Shown: positions 40,638 to 50,926 of the stretch, piece after piece
Numbering within the stretch: position 1 is the stretch's first letter
Layout of the letters: each line of letters begins with the position of its first letter
Assembly (NCBI GenBank): GCA_963845065.1
Contig: CAWJQQ010000001.1
Location: 1,024,001 to 1,088,000 of the forward strand
Source of the DNA: Nitrospirota bacterium
GTDB lineage: Bacteria > Nitrospirota > UBA9217
Direction of reading: 5' to 3'
Length of the DNA stretch: 64,000 nucleotides
Notes under the pieces: generated by a model
Told to the model about the DNA's origin: nothing
Seen by the model: the letters and a program-made list of their open reading frames with translations, nothing else
Database searches by the model: none
Position numbers and translations under genes: made by a program

Positions 40638-42578
40638 ATGAGTGAAATACAACTCAGGCTACCTGACGGTCAGGTCAAAAAGTATGCCTCTGGCATCACC
40701 GGTCAGGAAGTTGCCGAGAAAATCGGCTCTCGCCTCGCTAAAGACGCGCTTGCCATAAAAATAGATGGTCAACTTCTGGATCTGAATATCCCGGTTGAAC
40801 AAAATGCCGCGATTGAGATTATGACTTTTGACGCTTTGGAAGGCCGCGATGTGTACTGGCACAGTACTTCGCACCTCATGGCGCAGGCGGTCAAACAGCT
40901 CTTCCCGCAGGCAAAGCTCGCCATAGGTCCTGCGATTGAAGAAGGGTTCTATTACGACTTTGATCTCGAACGTCCTTTTACGCCCGAAGATCTTGAAAAA
41001 ATAGAAAAACGGATGGCCGAACTGTCCAAAGCTGCTTTGCCGATTAGAAGAAAAGATCTTTCCAAGGCAGATGCCTTGTCGTTCTTTCAAAAATTAGGTG
41101 AGACGTACAAGGTCGAGCTAATCAGCGATTTGTCAGACGGTACGATATCGATCTACGAACAGGCGGAATTCGCCGATCTTTGCCGTGGTCCCCATGTCTT
41201 GTCCACGGCAAAGATAAAGGCATTCAAGCTGCTCTCCATTGCCGGAGCTTACTGGCGCGGCAATGAGAAAAACAAGATGCTCCAGCGGATCTACGGCATT
41301 TCGTTTCCGAACAAGGAAGCTTTGGATGCTTATGTGACGAGACTTGAGGAGATCAAGCGACGCGATCATCGAAAACTTGGCAAAGACCTTGATCTTTTCT
41401 CTGTATCCGAGGATGTGGGTGGCGGCCTGGTCCTATGGCACCCGCGGGGAGCACTCATCCGAAAGACCATCGAGGACTTCTGGCGCGACGAGCATCAGAA
41501 AAACGGCTACGATTTTGTATATTCTCCTCATGTCGGCCGCGGGGCCTTGTGGGAAACCTCGGGACATCTTGGCTTTTATCGGGAGAACATGTATTCTTCC
41601 ATGGATGTAGAAGGACAGGAATATTATGTGAAGCCGATGAACTGTCCGTTCCATATAATGATCTACAAGAATAAGCTCCGTTCCTACCGCGAATTACCGT
41701 TGCGGTATGCTGAGCTCGGTACAGTTTACCGATTCGAGCGTTCCGGCGTACTGCACGGACTACTTCGAGTCCGCGGCTTCACCCAGGACGATGCACACAT
41801 TTTCGTGGCGCCCGAGAATATGGAAGCAGAGGTAATCCGGGTGCTTGACTTCGTCGTAAAGATGTTACGGACATTCGGGTTCGAGGATTTTAAAGCCTAC
41901 ATCGCAACACGACCGGAAAAGTCCGTGGGCAATATTGTCTTGTGGGAACAGGCAACGCAGGCCCTCAAGGTCGCCGCTGAAAAGACGAGTCTCGAATACG
42001 AGATCGACGAAGGTGGTGGCGCGTTCTACGGTCCCAAGATCGATATCAAGATCAAGGATGCCTTGGGAAGGCTCTGGCAGTGCTCGACGGTACAGTTCGA
42101 TTTCAACGAGCCAGAGCGGTTCGGCATGGCTTTTATCGGTGTTGACAATCAGGCTCACCAGCCCTATATGATCCACCGGGCTCTTCTGGGATCTATCGAA
42201 CGGTTCTTCGGCATGCTGATAGAACATTACGCTGGTGCGTTTCCGGTCTGGCTTGCGCCAGTGCAGGCAAAGGTGATTTCAATTACGGACAAGCAGTTTG
42301 ACTATGCCAGGGGAGTGCGGGAACAGTTGCTTTCCGCAGGGATCAGGGTGGAACTAGACACTCGTTCAGAGAAGATAGGGTTCAAGATCCGCGAGGCCGC
42401 GATGGAAAAAATTCCCTACATCCTCGTCGTTGGAGACAAGGAAGTGCAGGAGGGAGCAGTTGCTGTTCGCGAGCGGGGTGGTAAAGACCTCGGTGTCATG
42501 AAACTTGCGCAATTTATCGGCGCAGTGAAAAAGCTTATTCAAGATAAAAGTATTTCAACCGATTTAACAAGGGGGTGA
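40638..42578 (+). CDS. thrS: Threonine--tRNA ligase
   Basis: TGS domain, DLCRGPH, KPMNCP, RVRGFTQDDAH. Confidence 0.98.
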   Translation: MSEIQLRLPDGQVKKYASGITGQEVAEKIGSRLAKDALAIKIDGQLLDLNIPVEQNAAIEIMTFDALEGRDVYWHSTSHLMAQAVKQLFPQAKLAIGPAIEEGFYYDFDLERPFTPEDLEKIEKRMAELSKAALPIRRKDLSKADALSFFQKLGETYKVELISDLSDGTISIYEQAEFADLCRGPHVLSTAKIKAFKLLSIAGAYWRGNEKNKMLQRIYGISFPNKEALDAYVTRLEEIKRRDHRKLGKDLDLFSVSEDVGGGLVLWHPRGALIRKTIEDFWRDEHQKNGYDFVYSPHVGRGALWETSGHLGFYRENMYSSMDVEGQEYYVKPMNCPFHIMIYKNKLRSYRELPLRYAELGTVYRFERSGVLHGLLRVRGFTQDDAHIFVAPENMEAEVIRVLDFVVKMLRTFGFEDFKAYIATRPEKSVGNIVLWEQATQALKVAAEKTSLEYEIDEGGGAFYGPKIDIKIKDALGRLWQCSTVQFDFNEPERFGMAFIGVDNQAHQPYMIHRALLGSIERFFGMLIEHYAGAFPVWLAPVQAKVISITDKQFDYARGVREQLLSAGIRVELDTRSEKIGFKIREAAMEKIPYILVVGDKEVQEGAVAVRERGGKDLGVMKLAQFIGAVKKLIQDKSISTDLTRG

Positions 42579-42584
42579 TCGTTT

Positions 42585-43106
42585 ATCGCTAAAATTACGA
42601 CAAGAATCAATTACATGATCAAGTTGAAAGAAGTTCGGGTCATAAATTCCGATGGAGAGCAGCTAGGGGTCCTGGATACCCGGGAAGCGATCAAAAGGGC
42701 GGAGGAACAGGGGCTTGACCTGGTCGAAGTAGCACCAACGGCAAAACCACCGGTCTGCCGTATCATGGACTTCGGTAAGTATAAATACGAGATGGCCAAA
42801 AAGGCAGCAGAATCTAGGAAACACCAGACTGTCATCGTTGTAAAGGAAATCAAGTTAAGACCTCGGACTGACGACCATGACGTCAACTTCAAGATGAATA
42901 ACATCAAGCGTTTCCTTGAAGACGGCAACAAGGTGAAAGTCACAGTTATGTTCCGGGGCAGGGAAATGGCCCATATCGACCACGGCAGGGCGGTATTAGA
43001 ACGCATCGTGAACGAACTGCAGAATGATGCCATCATTGAGCAGCCGCCTCGCTTGGAAGGCAGGAACATGACCTTGTTGCTCGGCGCAAAGGCAAAGACG
43101 GCGTAA
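42585..43106 (+). CDS. infC: Translation initiation factor IF-3, probable ATC start
   Basis: LDLVEVAP..PPVCRIMDFGKYKYE; in-frame ATC after a GGGGGTGA SD. Confidence 0.95.
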   Translation: MAKITTRINYMIKLKEVRVINSDGEQLGVLDTREAIKRAEEQGLDLVEVAPTAKPPVCRIMDFGKYKYEMAKKAAESRKHQTVIVVKEIKLRPRTDDHDVNFKMNNIKRFLEDGNKVKVTVMFRGREMAHIDHGRAVLERIVNELQNDAIIEQPPRLEGRNMTLLLGAKAKTA

Positions 43107-43222
43107 CAACAACATGTGATTCAAGAATCTTACTATCTTTCGATGATTCTGCGGAGGTAGGCTGTCTCCGCTGTCCATATAAACAGCAGCATAAACTTAG
43201 GATTTTGGAAGGGGAATGAATT

Positions 43223-43432
43223 ATGGCAAAGATCAAACTGAAGACCAATCGGAGCGCCGCCAAGCGGCTTAAAGTAACAGGTACAGGCAAGATCACCAGG
43301 CGTAAGGGCTGGAAGGGCCATCTGTTGAACGGCAAGAATGCCACGCGCAAGAGAAGGCTAACCGGAGATTTTGAAGTTGATAAGGACAATATAAAGAACA
43401 TTAAGCGGATGATCCCGTACGGACTGAAGTAG
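43223..43432 (+). CDS. rpmI: 50S ribosomal protein L35
   Basis: KLKTNRSAAKRLKVTGTGK; synteny. Confidence 0.95.
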   Translation: MAKIKLKTNRSAAKRLKVTGTGKITRRKGWKGHLLNGKNATRKRRLTGDFEVDKDNIKNIKRMIPYGLK

Positions 43433-43511
43433 ATTATAATTTGCAACATTCAACGTATTAATTGCTGAGAACTGTGAACTATGAGTTATGAACTGAGGAG
43501 GTTTTAAAACT

Positions 43512-43865
43512 ATGCCTAGAGCTAAAGGCGGCCCCAAAACGCGGGCCAGAAGAAAACGGGTACTCAACCTGGCAGAAGGGTACTGGGGTGCAAAATCCAA
43601 ACTATTCCGTTCTGCTACCGAAGCCGTTGACCGTGCACTCAAGTATGCATATCGGGACCGTAAGGCCCGCAAGAGGGATTTTCGCAGACTCTGGATCGCA
43701 CGTATCAACGCGGCTGCGCGTTTGAACGGTATGACCTACAGCAGGTTCATGGCCGGCCTCACTAAGAGCGGAGTGGCAATCGACCGAAAGATCCTTGCAG
43801 ATCTTGCAATCAGCGATCCGGCAAGCTTCACGAAGCTTGTTGAGACGTCCAAGACCGCATCATAG
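43512..43865 (+). CDS. rplT: 50S ribosomal protein L20
   Basis: [23 protein letters not shown]. Confidence 0.97.
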   Translation: MPRAKGGPKTRARRKRVLNLAEGYWGAKSKLFRSATEAVDRALKYAYRDRKARKRDFRRLWIARINAAARLNGMTYSRFMAGLTKSGVAIDRKILADLAISDPASFTKLVETSKTAS

Positions 43866-44067
43866 AAGCTGTCTCAGTAAATCTCGACCCGATATTGTCG
43901 GATGCAAAGATAAACATGGGTTAAAAAACAATTTTTCAAAAGCCATCCGAATGTCCGTAAATCGGACCACTGGTTTTGTACAATATTGATTCTCATGGGC
44001 CCCGTATCTACGGGGCCTTTTTTTGTTGACAATGAAGCGCAATTCGGTTAAAAATCAAGAAGAAATT

Positions 44068-45900
44068 ATGTGGATACGTGGCCGTTCCTGTATCGCGGCC
44101 TTCATGGCTTGCGCCATTCTGCTCCTCCTGTGGACACCAGCATACCCGTCTTATAACACCGAAGCCGGGCGTAAGTATATTATCGCCTGTCAGCGTCTCT
44201 CTGCTCTGAGGAAATCTCCGAAAAAAAAGAGGTATCGTTCCTATTGGATCGATTGCATCCGTACCTTCGAGGTTGTAGAAAAAAAATATCCCAGAAGTCC
44301 GAGCGCAGGGAACGCCTGTTTTGACCGGGCTGGGATTTATCAAGACCTCTATCTCTTCAACAGGCATTCGAAAGATTTGGACGAGTCGCTTCGTCTAAAC
44401 AACAAGTGTCAGGCCAGCTATCCTAAGCATGCCAGAGCGCCTGAAGCGCTTTTCCACATCATCGAGCTTTCGCACGATTACAAAAACAATACCCTGGCTA
44501 ATGAAACATACTCAAGACTCTTGAAGTTGTATCCCGACAGTACCTGGGCGGCAAAGGCAAGCGCGCTTCTCAATCTAACGATACGCAAGAGCAAAAAGCG
44601 TAAGCAGGAACCCGAATTTAGAAAGGTACCCGAGCCGGTAATCGTTGCGGCGGGTAAAGGCAAACCTGAGGGAGTAATAAAAAGCATCCGTTTTTGGTCC
44701 GGAGGCGCATATACCCGGATCGTGATTGACCAAGATAGGGAGGTCAAATTCCAGGCGCAAGAACTGAAAAGACCCGATCGTCTTGTGTTCGATCTTTTAA
44801 ACACGAGCCTCGATACCGCGGTCTATAAAGATCCACTACCGGTGAATGATGGTATTCTAAAACAGGTCCGAGCCAGTCAATATGCACCTGACATAGTGCG
44901 CTTCGTTCTTGATCTGGCAAGCATTAAAAGTTATGTGGCTTTTCCCCTACATGACCCTGAACGCCTCGTTATCGATGTCACTGGTGAAGGGGGAAGAGGT
45001 GGAGAAGCTCGTATGATGAGCGCGGACACTGATACCCAGCAGAAGATCATAAATCCGGTCGAACAGCAATTAGAGTCGAAAAAACAGCTGGAGACAGAAC
45101 CGTTGACGACGGCCCCGCTTTTGCCCAAGATCATTGAACCCCAAAATGCTGATGATCAGAAACTTTCTCTGTCCAGGCAGCTTGGCCTGAAGATCGGGAC
45201 TATTGCTATCGATGCCGGTCATGGCGGACACGATCCTGGGGCGATCGGCAGAAGCGGCTTGATGGAGAAGACGATAACGCTTGACGTAGCGAAACGGCTT
45301 GCTGTTCTTGTGAAAGAGCGGCTCGGGTTAAAAGTGATTATGACCCGTGATAGAGACGTTTTTATACCGCTCGAAGAGAGACCGTTTATCGCCAAATCAA
45401 AAGGTGCTGACCTGTTTGTGTCCATCCATGTGAATGCCAACAGAAAACGGAATACTCGAGGGATCGAAACGTATGTGCAGAGTCTGAGAGCCTCCGACCG
45501 TGAAGCAATGGCAACTGCGGCGCGCGAAAACGCCATGTCTACAAAAAAGCTGAGCGAACTTAAATCCGAACTTGACAGAATTTTTGCAGACCTTACGCGG
45601 GACGATAAGATTGAGGAGTCGCTCTACCTGGCTGATTCAGTGCAAGGCGCACTTGTCAGCGACCTCAAGTCCGTTAACCGCCATGCCGATGATCTTAAAG
45701 CCAGGATAAAGAGGGCATTCTTCTATGTTTTGATTAATACGGAAATGCCGAGTATTCTAGCTGAGATCGGGTTCCTCAGCAACCCTCAAGAAGAAAAATT
45801 ACTCCAACAGGATTCCTATAGGCAGCAGATAGCCGAAGCGTTGTACAGCGGCATTAAGAAATATGTTGAAGCGCGATCGCAACAGGTAACAGCCATGTGA
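44068..45900 (+). CDS. N-acetylmuramoyl-L-alanine amidase with TPR-like and AMIN domains
   Basis: IDAGHGGHDPGA, FVSIHVNA, ILAEIGF; AMIN-like PDRLVFDL. Confidence 0.92.
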   Translation: MWIRGRSCIAAFMACAILLLLWTPAYPSYNTEAGRKYIIACQRLSALRKSPKKKRYRSYWIDCIRTFEVVEKKYPRSPSAGNACFDRAGIYQDLYLFNRHSKDLDESLRLNNKCQASYPKHARAPEALFHIIELSHDYKNNTLANETYSRLLKLYPDSTWAAKASALLNLTIRKSKKRKQEPEFRKVPEPVIVAAGKGKPEGVIKSIRFWSGGAYTRIVIDQDREVKFQAQELKRPDRLVFDLLNTSLDTAVYKDPLPVNDGILKQVRASQYAPDIVRFVLDLASIKSYVAFPLHDPERLVIDVTGEGGRGGEARMMSADTDTQQKIINPVEQQLESKKQLETEPLTTAPLLPKIIEPQNADDQKLSLSRQLGLKIGTIAIDAGHGGHDPGAIGRSGLMEKTITLDVAKRLAVLVKERLGLKVIMTRDRDVFIPLEERPFIAKSKGADLFVSIHVNANRKRNTRGIETYVQSLRASDREAMATAARENAMSTKKLSELKSELDRIFADLTRDDKIEESLYLADSVQGALVSDLKSVNRHADDLKARIKRAFFYVLINTEMPSILAEIGFLSNPQEEKLLQQDSYRQQIAEALYSGIKKYVEARSQQVTAM

Positions 45901-45970
45901 AATACGGAAGACAGTCAGGTAGTAAAGAGTAGTCGAATTAAGATGAATGACTTAACTAGCCTACTACCTG

Positions 45971-47075
45971 CTATTTACTACCTGTTGTTATTAAGTAGGC
46001 TTCAATGAACTGGTCGATGTCTCCATCCATCACGGCGCTGACATGACCGACTTCCACTCCTGTTCTATGGTCTTTCACCATCTGGTAGGGTTGGAAGACA
46101 TAAGACCTTATCTGGCTGCCCCAAGCAATATCCTTTTTCTCACTGACTAGTTTGCCGAGTTTTTCATCATGTTCTTTCTTCCGTAATTCATAAAGCCGGG
46201 AGCGAAGCACCTTCATGGCAACATTTTTGTTCTTGAGCTGTGAACGCTCATTTTGGCATTGCACTACGATGTTCGTCGGCAGATGTGTGATGCGCACGGC
46301 CGAATCAGTTTTATTCACGTGCTGGCCACCGGCGCTTGATGAGCGGTATGTGTCTATGCGCAACTCCTTTTCATCGATCGATACGTCGATGTTATCCTCA
46401 ACTTCAGGATACACATAGACCGATGCAAAGGAGGTGTGCCTGCGCTTGTTCGCATCGAACGGCGAGATGCGGACAAGACGATGCACGCCTGCTTCGGCTT
46501 TCATCCTGCCATAGGCATATTCCCCGGACATAGTAAAGGTGACGGACTTGACTCCCGCTTCTTCTCCGTTCTGGTAATCCAGGATTTCGGTCTTGTAGCC
46601 TCGCTTCTCGGCCCAGCGAAGGTACATGCGCATGAGCATCTCGGCCCAGTCCTGTGCTTCGGTGCCACCAGCCCCGGGATGGACCGATACGATAGCGTTT
46701 GATGCATCTCGTTCACCTGAGAGCATTGCAGCAACCTCAGCCGAAGCAATGTCTTTCTGGATTACCGCGATATCCTGCTCAAGCTCTACGCGCATGGACT
46801 CGCCGTCTTCTTCGGAGGCGAGTTCAGACATGGCTTCCAGATCGTTCAGCCTCGTTAAAAGAGTGTTCCAGTCTCTCAACGAACGCTCGATAGATGCTTT
46901 TTCTTTTAAAACGGTATTTGCCTTATCGTTATTGTCCCAAAAACCGGTTGTTTCTGTGAGTCGGGTAAGTTCTTCTAAACGAGATTCTTTGGTAGGGGTG
47001 TCAAAGATGCCTCCGCAGGGTCTCCAGCCTGCCTTTGACATTATCGAGCCGCTGTTTGAGGTCTTCTAAAAGCAT
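45971..47075 (-). CDS. prfB: Peptide chain release factor 2 with programmed +1 frameshift
   Basis: SPF and GGQ motifs; GGAGG-CAT-CTT TGA C shift site at ~47000-47014. Confidence 0.97.
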
Positions 47076-47209
47076 CCACATCTCCCATTATAGAAATTAA
47101 CAGATGCAAATTATACCATAGTGAAAAAAAACAATCAAAGAGAAACAGGAAAAATATTTTGACTTTTAATAAATGCTGTGATATAAAGCCATTACAAAAT
47201 CATTAATAA

Positions 47210-47372
47210 CATCCAGGCTAAGGGAATCCCGTGAAAATCGGGAGTGGACCCGCCGCTGTAATCCCGGCCTCGCGGAAAACGAGGCCGCATGCTACTGTCG
47301 AACATATGCCACTGGCCCGGCCGGACTGGGAAGGCAGACAGAAGAGGGAGAGCCAGAAGACCTGCATGGATG
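47210..47372 (+). ncRNA. Cobalamin riboswitch
   Basis: AGGGAA..GTGAAA..CCCGCCGCTGTAA..GCCACTG..GGGAAG..GAGCCAGAAGACCTG upstream of btu genes. Confidence 0.9.
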
Positions 47373-47424
47373 TTCTCGCACAGTCTTCGGCGCTAAGATA
47401 ATGTGTGGGTTAATATTTTTTATT

Positions 47425-47460
47425 AATCCCCAGTCTTGCAAGAAGACTGGGGATTTTTTT
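47425..47460 (+). terminator. Intrinsic terminator (riboswitch expression platform)
   Basis: AATCCCCAGTCTT-GCAAG-AAGACTGGGGATT plus T-run. Confidence 0.8.
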
Positions 47461-47613
47461 ATATGCCAGACATGACGTTCTTTACTACTGTACAGTCTGG
47501 TCAGGCGTGGTGCCTGACCAGTGACTTGAAGGTGCAAGTAAGAAACGCCGTATACGGAACCGTATATACGGTGGCGTCGGAAGGACGGGGGACGACCCCA
47601 TCTCCTATCCGAT
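47461..47613 (+). mobile_element. Group IIC intron remnant, internally deleted
   Basis: Domain V/VI-like GAAACGCCGTATACGGAACCGTATATACGGTGG...CTCCTATCCGAT; begins right after the terminator. Confidence 0.6.
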
Positions 47614-47694
47614 TTGTGCATATTCATTAAATCAAAGGGGCTGAAGAGGAACGTTTTTTGCCACAGTTAGACTTTAATAAGTACGGGTTATAAA

Positions 47695-48537
47695 ATGAAA
47701 CGATTTGCGACATTTCTTTTTTTTTCACTGTACATAATTAATAAGTGCTTCGCTGCTGAATCCGCATCTCCGCCTAAACGTATTGTGTCGCTAGCCCCAA
47801 GCATGACAGAGATCCTCTTTGCGCTTGGGTTAGGGGACAACATCGTAGGCGTTACGACGTTTTGCGATTATCCCGAAGAGGCGAAGAAAAAACTAAAAAT
47901 CGGTGGTATGTCTAATCCTTCACTCGAGGCGGTGCTCTCACTCAAACCAGATGTCGTAGTAATGACAACGGATGGGAACCCAAAAGAATTTGAGGAACGG
48001 CTTATCGCGCTGAAGATCAAAACATATGTCTTTGAGGCCCGTACCCTCATTGGGCTTCCGGATGGCATTCGCAGTCTAGCAGATGCATTAGGGGTCAAAG
48101 CGCGCGGAGAACGTCTTGCGAAGTCAATTGAAGATGGGGTCCAAAAGGCGTCAAGAGCAACCTCACGCGTGCATGATCGCGCATTGATAAAAAAGGTCTT
48201 ATTCATCGTCTGGCCCGAACCACTAATCGTAGCCGGCCCCGGTACAGCAATTGACGATGCCATAACACTCTTAGGATATGACAATATTGCATCACGTTCT
48301 GCAACAGCGTATCCAAAATACTCGATTGAGGAGGTCATGCTTCAGGCACCAGACGTCCTCGTCATCGGGAAGGGATCGGGTATGGACATGGTGGCCGTAT
48401 CAAAGGGCATCCTGAGGAGACTAGCGACGGTCCCCGCTGTGAAGAATGGCAGAGTTTGTTATGTGGGGGACGGTTTATACCGTCTGGGTCCTCGCGTTGT
48501 CCAAGGCATCGAGGAGCTTTCTGCATGTCTCAAGTAA
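47695..48537 (+). CDS. btuF: Cobalamin ABC transporter substrate-binding protein
   Basis: RIVSLAPSMTEILFALG...CDYP. Confidence 0.88.
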   Translation: MKRFATFLFFSLYIINKCFAAESASPPKRIVSLAPSMTEILFALGLGDNIVGVTTFCDYPEEAKKKLKIGGMSNPSLEAVLSLKPDVVVMTTDGNPKEFEERLIALKIKTYVFEARTLIGLPDGIRSLADALGVKARGERLAKSIEDGVQKASRATSRVHDRALIKKVLFIVWPEPLIVAGPGTAIDDAITLLGYDNIASRSATAYPKYSIEEVMLQAPDVLVIGKGSGMDMVAVSKGILRRLATVPAVKNGRVCYVGDGLYRLGPRVVQGIEELSACLK

Positions 48538-49490
48538 GAATAGTCATCCTAGTGGTCGTTGCCGTGTTCATCGTATCCTGCTCGGTATTTTTGGGACCGA
48601 GAATCATCATGCCGGTGAATTTGACCGACACAGACCGTGAGATATTGCTTTTCATAAGACTGCCGCGCGTGTTCGTTGCTTTTCTTATGGGCATGGCGCT
48701 TGGCGCATCGGGAGCGCTGCTGCAAGGCATACTGCGAAACCCACTTGCCGATCCTTACATTTTGGGTATATCCAGTGGGGCATCACTTACGGCGGCGCTA
48801 GGAATTATCGGCGGCTTCTCTTTTCTTGGTTCTTTCACCATTCCAGTGCTTGCTTTTGCAGGCGCTGTTGTCACCTGCGGCATCGTGGGTGTGTTGGGAT
48901 GGAAACGGGGCGGACTCTGGCCGGAACGGCTGCTCCTCGCGGGTGTAGGCTTGAGCTTTCTCTTTTCAGCACTTTTGATGCTTATGATGAGCATCTCGAC
49001 CGATGAAGGCCTTAGGCGTGCCATGCTCTGGATCTTCGGCGATTTGTCCATGTCCGAATGGTCCCGCATTCCTTACGGACTGGTCTTCGTCTCTGCAGGT
49101 ATGCTGTTGTCGATAACGAGGGCTAAGGCTTTGAATGCGTTGATCCTCGGCGACGATTTCGCACATAGCCTCGGGTTTTCTCCACAGCGCGAACGAATGA
49201 TCTTCTTTATTTCGGTCGGTTTGATGACCGCTGCGTCGGTTTCGCTCGGTGGCATGATCGGCTTCATTGGCCTTCTTATTCCGCATATCATGCGTTTTTT
49301 TCTCGGTGCAGACAGCAGGCTGCTCATTCCCGCTTCTGCGATAGGTGGCGGTTGTCTTCTCTGTATCGCGGACCTTATTAGCAGGTCCTTGCTTCCACCT
49401 ATGGAACTTCCAGCAGGCGTGGTGACCGCAATCATCGGCGCCCCCTATTTTCTGTATTTGCTCAGGAAAAAAGATGTCTTTAGTATCTAA
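48525..49490 (+). CDS. btuC: Cobalamin ABC transporter permease (FecCD family)
   Basis: RLPR, LRNPLADPYILG, IGFIGL. Confidence 0.88.
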   Translation: MSQVRIVILVVVAVFIVSCSVFLGPRIIMPVNLTDTDREILLFIRLPRVFVAFLMGMALGASGALLQGILRNPLADPYILGISSGASLTAALGIIGGFSFLGSFTIPVLAFAGAVVTCGIVGVLGWKRGGLWPERLLLAGVGLSFLFSALLMLMMSISTDEGLRRAMLWIFGDLSMSEWSRIPYGLVFVSAGMLLSITRAKALNALILGDDFAHSLGFSPQRERMIFFISVGLMTAASVSLGGMIGFIGLLIPHIMRFFLGADSRLLIPASAIGGGCLLCIADLISRSLLPPMELPAGVVTAIIGAPYFLYLLRKKDVFSI

Positions 49491-50250
49491 ATCAAGAATA
49501 CTCGAGCTTGATCGAGCCTGCTACTCCTACGACCGGAACCGATCGTTCATCCATGATCTATCTGTCACGATCGGCGCGGGTGATTTTATTGGACTGCTCG
49601 GAGCGAACGGTTCCGGTAAGTCGACGATCATGAAACTTGCGAGCGGTATTCTGAAACCGTCGTCAGGGAGCATCATGCTGTGGGGCAAGACTCTCACCGC
49701 AGTGAGCAACCGGGACCGCGCCAAACTGATCAGCTATCTTCCGCAAACACTCGATATCAGCGTTCCCTTCACAGTCAGGGAGCTGGTCAGTATGGGGTTA
49801 TATCCGTACGATATCCCTCCAGCAATGAGCGTTGAGGAGGCGATGGACATAGTCGGCCTGACCGATAAGGCGGAATCGCGCCTCACGGACCTTTCAGGTG
49901 GCGAGCGGAGGAGGACTTTTATCGCCATGACACTGTTACAAGGAGCGGGGCTGCTTCTCCTGGATGAACCGCTCGCTAATCTCGACATAAAATACCAGAT
50001 CGAGCTGGTCAGACTGCTCAAGAAACTGCGCGAAGTAAAAAATATTTCTGTCGTAATGGCCCTGCATGACATTAACATTGCCCTCCAGTTCGAGAAAGTG
50101 CTTCTGATCAAAGATGGCAAAATCATTGGGTCAGGCAGGCCGGATGAGGTCCTGTCGCGAAGCATGCTGAAACAGGCCTTTGATGTGGATATCGAGGTCA
50201 AAAAAACAGGGAGCGATGGTATTTATGTTAGCTTCGAAAAGAATTTTTAG
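49474..50250 (+). CDS. btuD: Cobalamin ABC transporter ATP-binding protein
   Basis: GANGSGKST, LSGGE, LLLDEP. Confidence 0.88.
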   Translation: MSLVSKSRILELDRACYSYDRNRSFIHDLSVTIGAGDFIGLLGANGSGKSTIMKLASGILKPSSGSIMLWGKTLTAVSNRDRAKLISYLPQTLDISVPFTVRELVSMGLYPYDIPPAMSVEEAMDIVGLTDKAESRLTDLSGGERRRTFIAMTLLQGAGLLLLDEPLANLDIKYQIELVRLLKKLREVKNISVVMALHDINIALQFEKVLLIKDGKIIGSGRPDEVLSRSMLKQAFDVDIEVKKTGSDGIYVSFEKNF

Positions 50251-50261
50251 GAGGACGCCTA

Positions 50262-50909
50262 ATGTACTGTGCATCCTGGAGCGGAGGCAAAGACAGTTGT
50301 CTTGCATGTTATCGTGCAATGAAGCAAGGAATGAAACTATCACATCTGGTTCATTTCGACCGGCCGAAGAATCTTCACGGAGTCGATCCGGCTATGATAA
50401 AGCTCCAGGCGGATCTCACGGGAATACCGATGATTCAGAGAAAGGTTGCATCCGAAGATTTTGAGCGCGAGTTCAAAAAAACTATCGGAGAGCTCGCGAT
50501 GAGTGGGACAAAAGGCATGGTCTTCGGAGACATCTACCTTGAGCCACATAAAGAGTGGGTCGATCGCGTGTGCTATGAACTCGGCATTGAGCCGGTCGAA
50601 CCACTCTGGGGCATGAAGACGGAGGACATCATTCAAGAATTTCTGAGTATAGGTTTCGATACGATTGTGGCAAGTGGCAACCAGGATCTTATCGACAAAA
50701 AATATATAGGTCACAGGATGGATAGAGAATTTATAGAGCATCTCAAGTCAAAAAAACTTGATGTCTGCGGTGAGAACGGTGAGTTCCATACCTTTGTCAC
50801 GAGAGGTCCATTGTTCCGTGGAAAGATTGAGATCACGGCCTCCGATGTGATAAGCAGGGACGGATTCTGGTTTTTGGATGTTCGGGATTATAAAGTTGTC
50901 AAGCAATAG
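50262..50909 (+). CDS. DUF71 / diphthine-ammonia-ligase-like PP-loop ATPase
   Basis: SWSGGKDS, FGDI, DVCGENGEFHT. Confidence 0.88.
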   Translation: MYCASWSGGKDSCLACYRAMKQGMKLSHLVHFDRPKNLHGVDPAMIKLQADLTGIPMIQRKVASEDFEREFKKTIGELAMSGTKGMVFGDIYLEPHKEWVDRVCYELGIEPVEPLWGMKTEDIIQEFLSIGFDTIVASGNQDLIDKKYIGHRMDREFIEHLKSKKLDVCGENGEFHTFVTRGPLFRGKIEITASDVISRDGFWFLDVRDYKVVKQ

Positions 50910-50926
50910 AAAGGCGGTAAAATTCC

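Noticed and set aside
43151..43172. Hairpin before rpmI as an L20 leader
   Set aside because: A single GC hairpin is insufficient evidence without a covariance-model search.
47000..47014. prfB frameshift and infC ATC start as novelties
   Set aside because: Both are well-known autoregulatory features.
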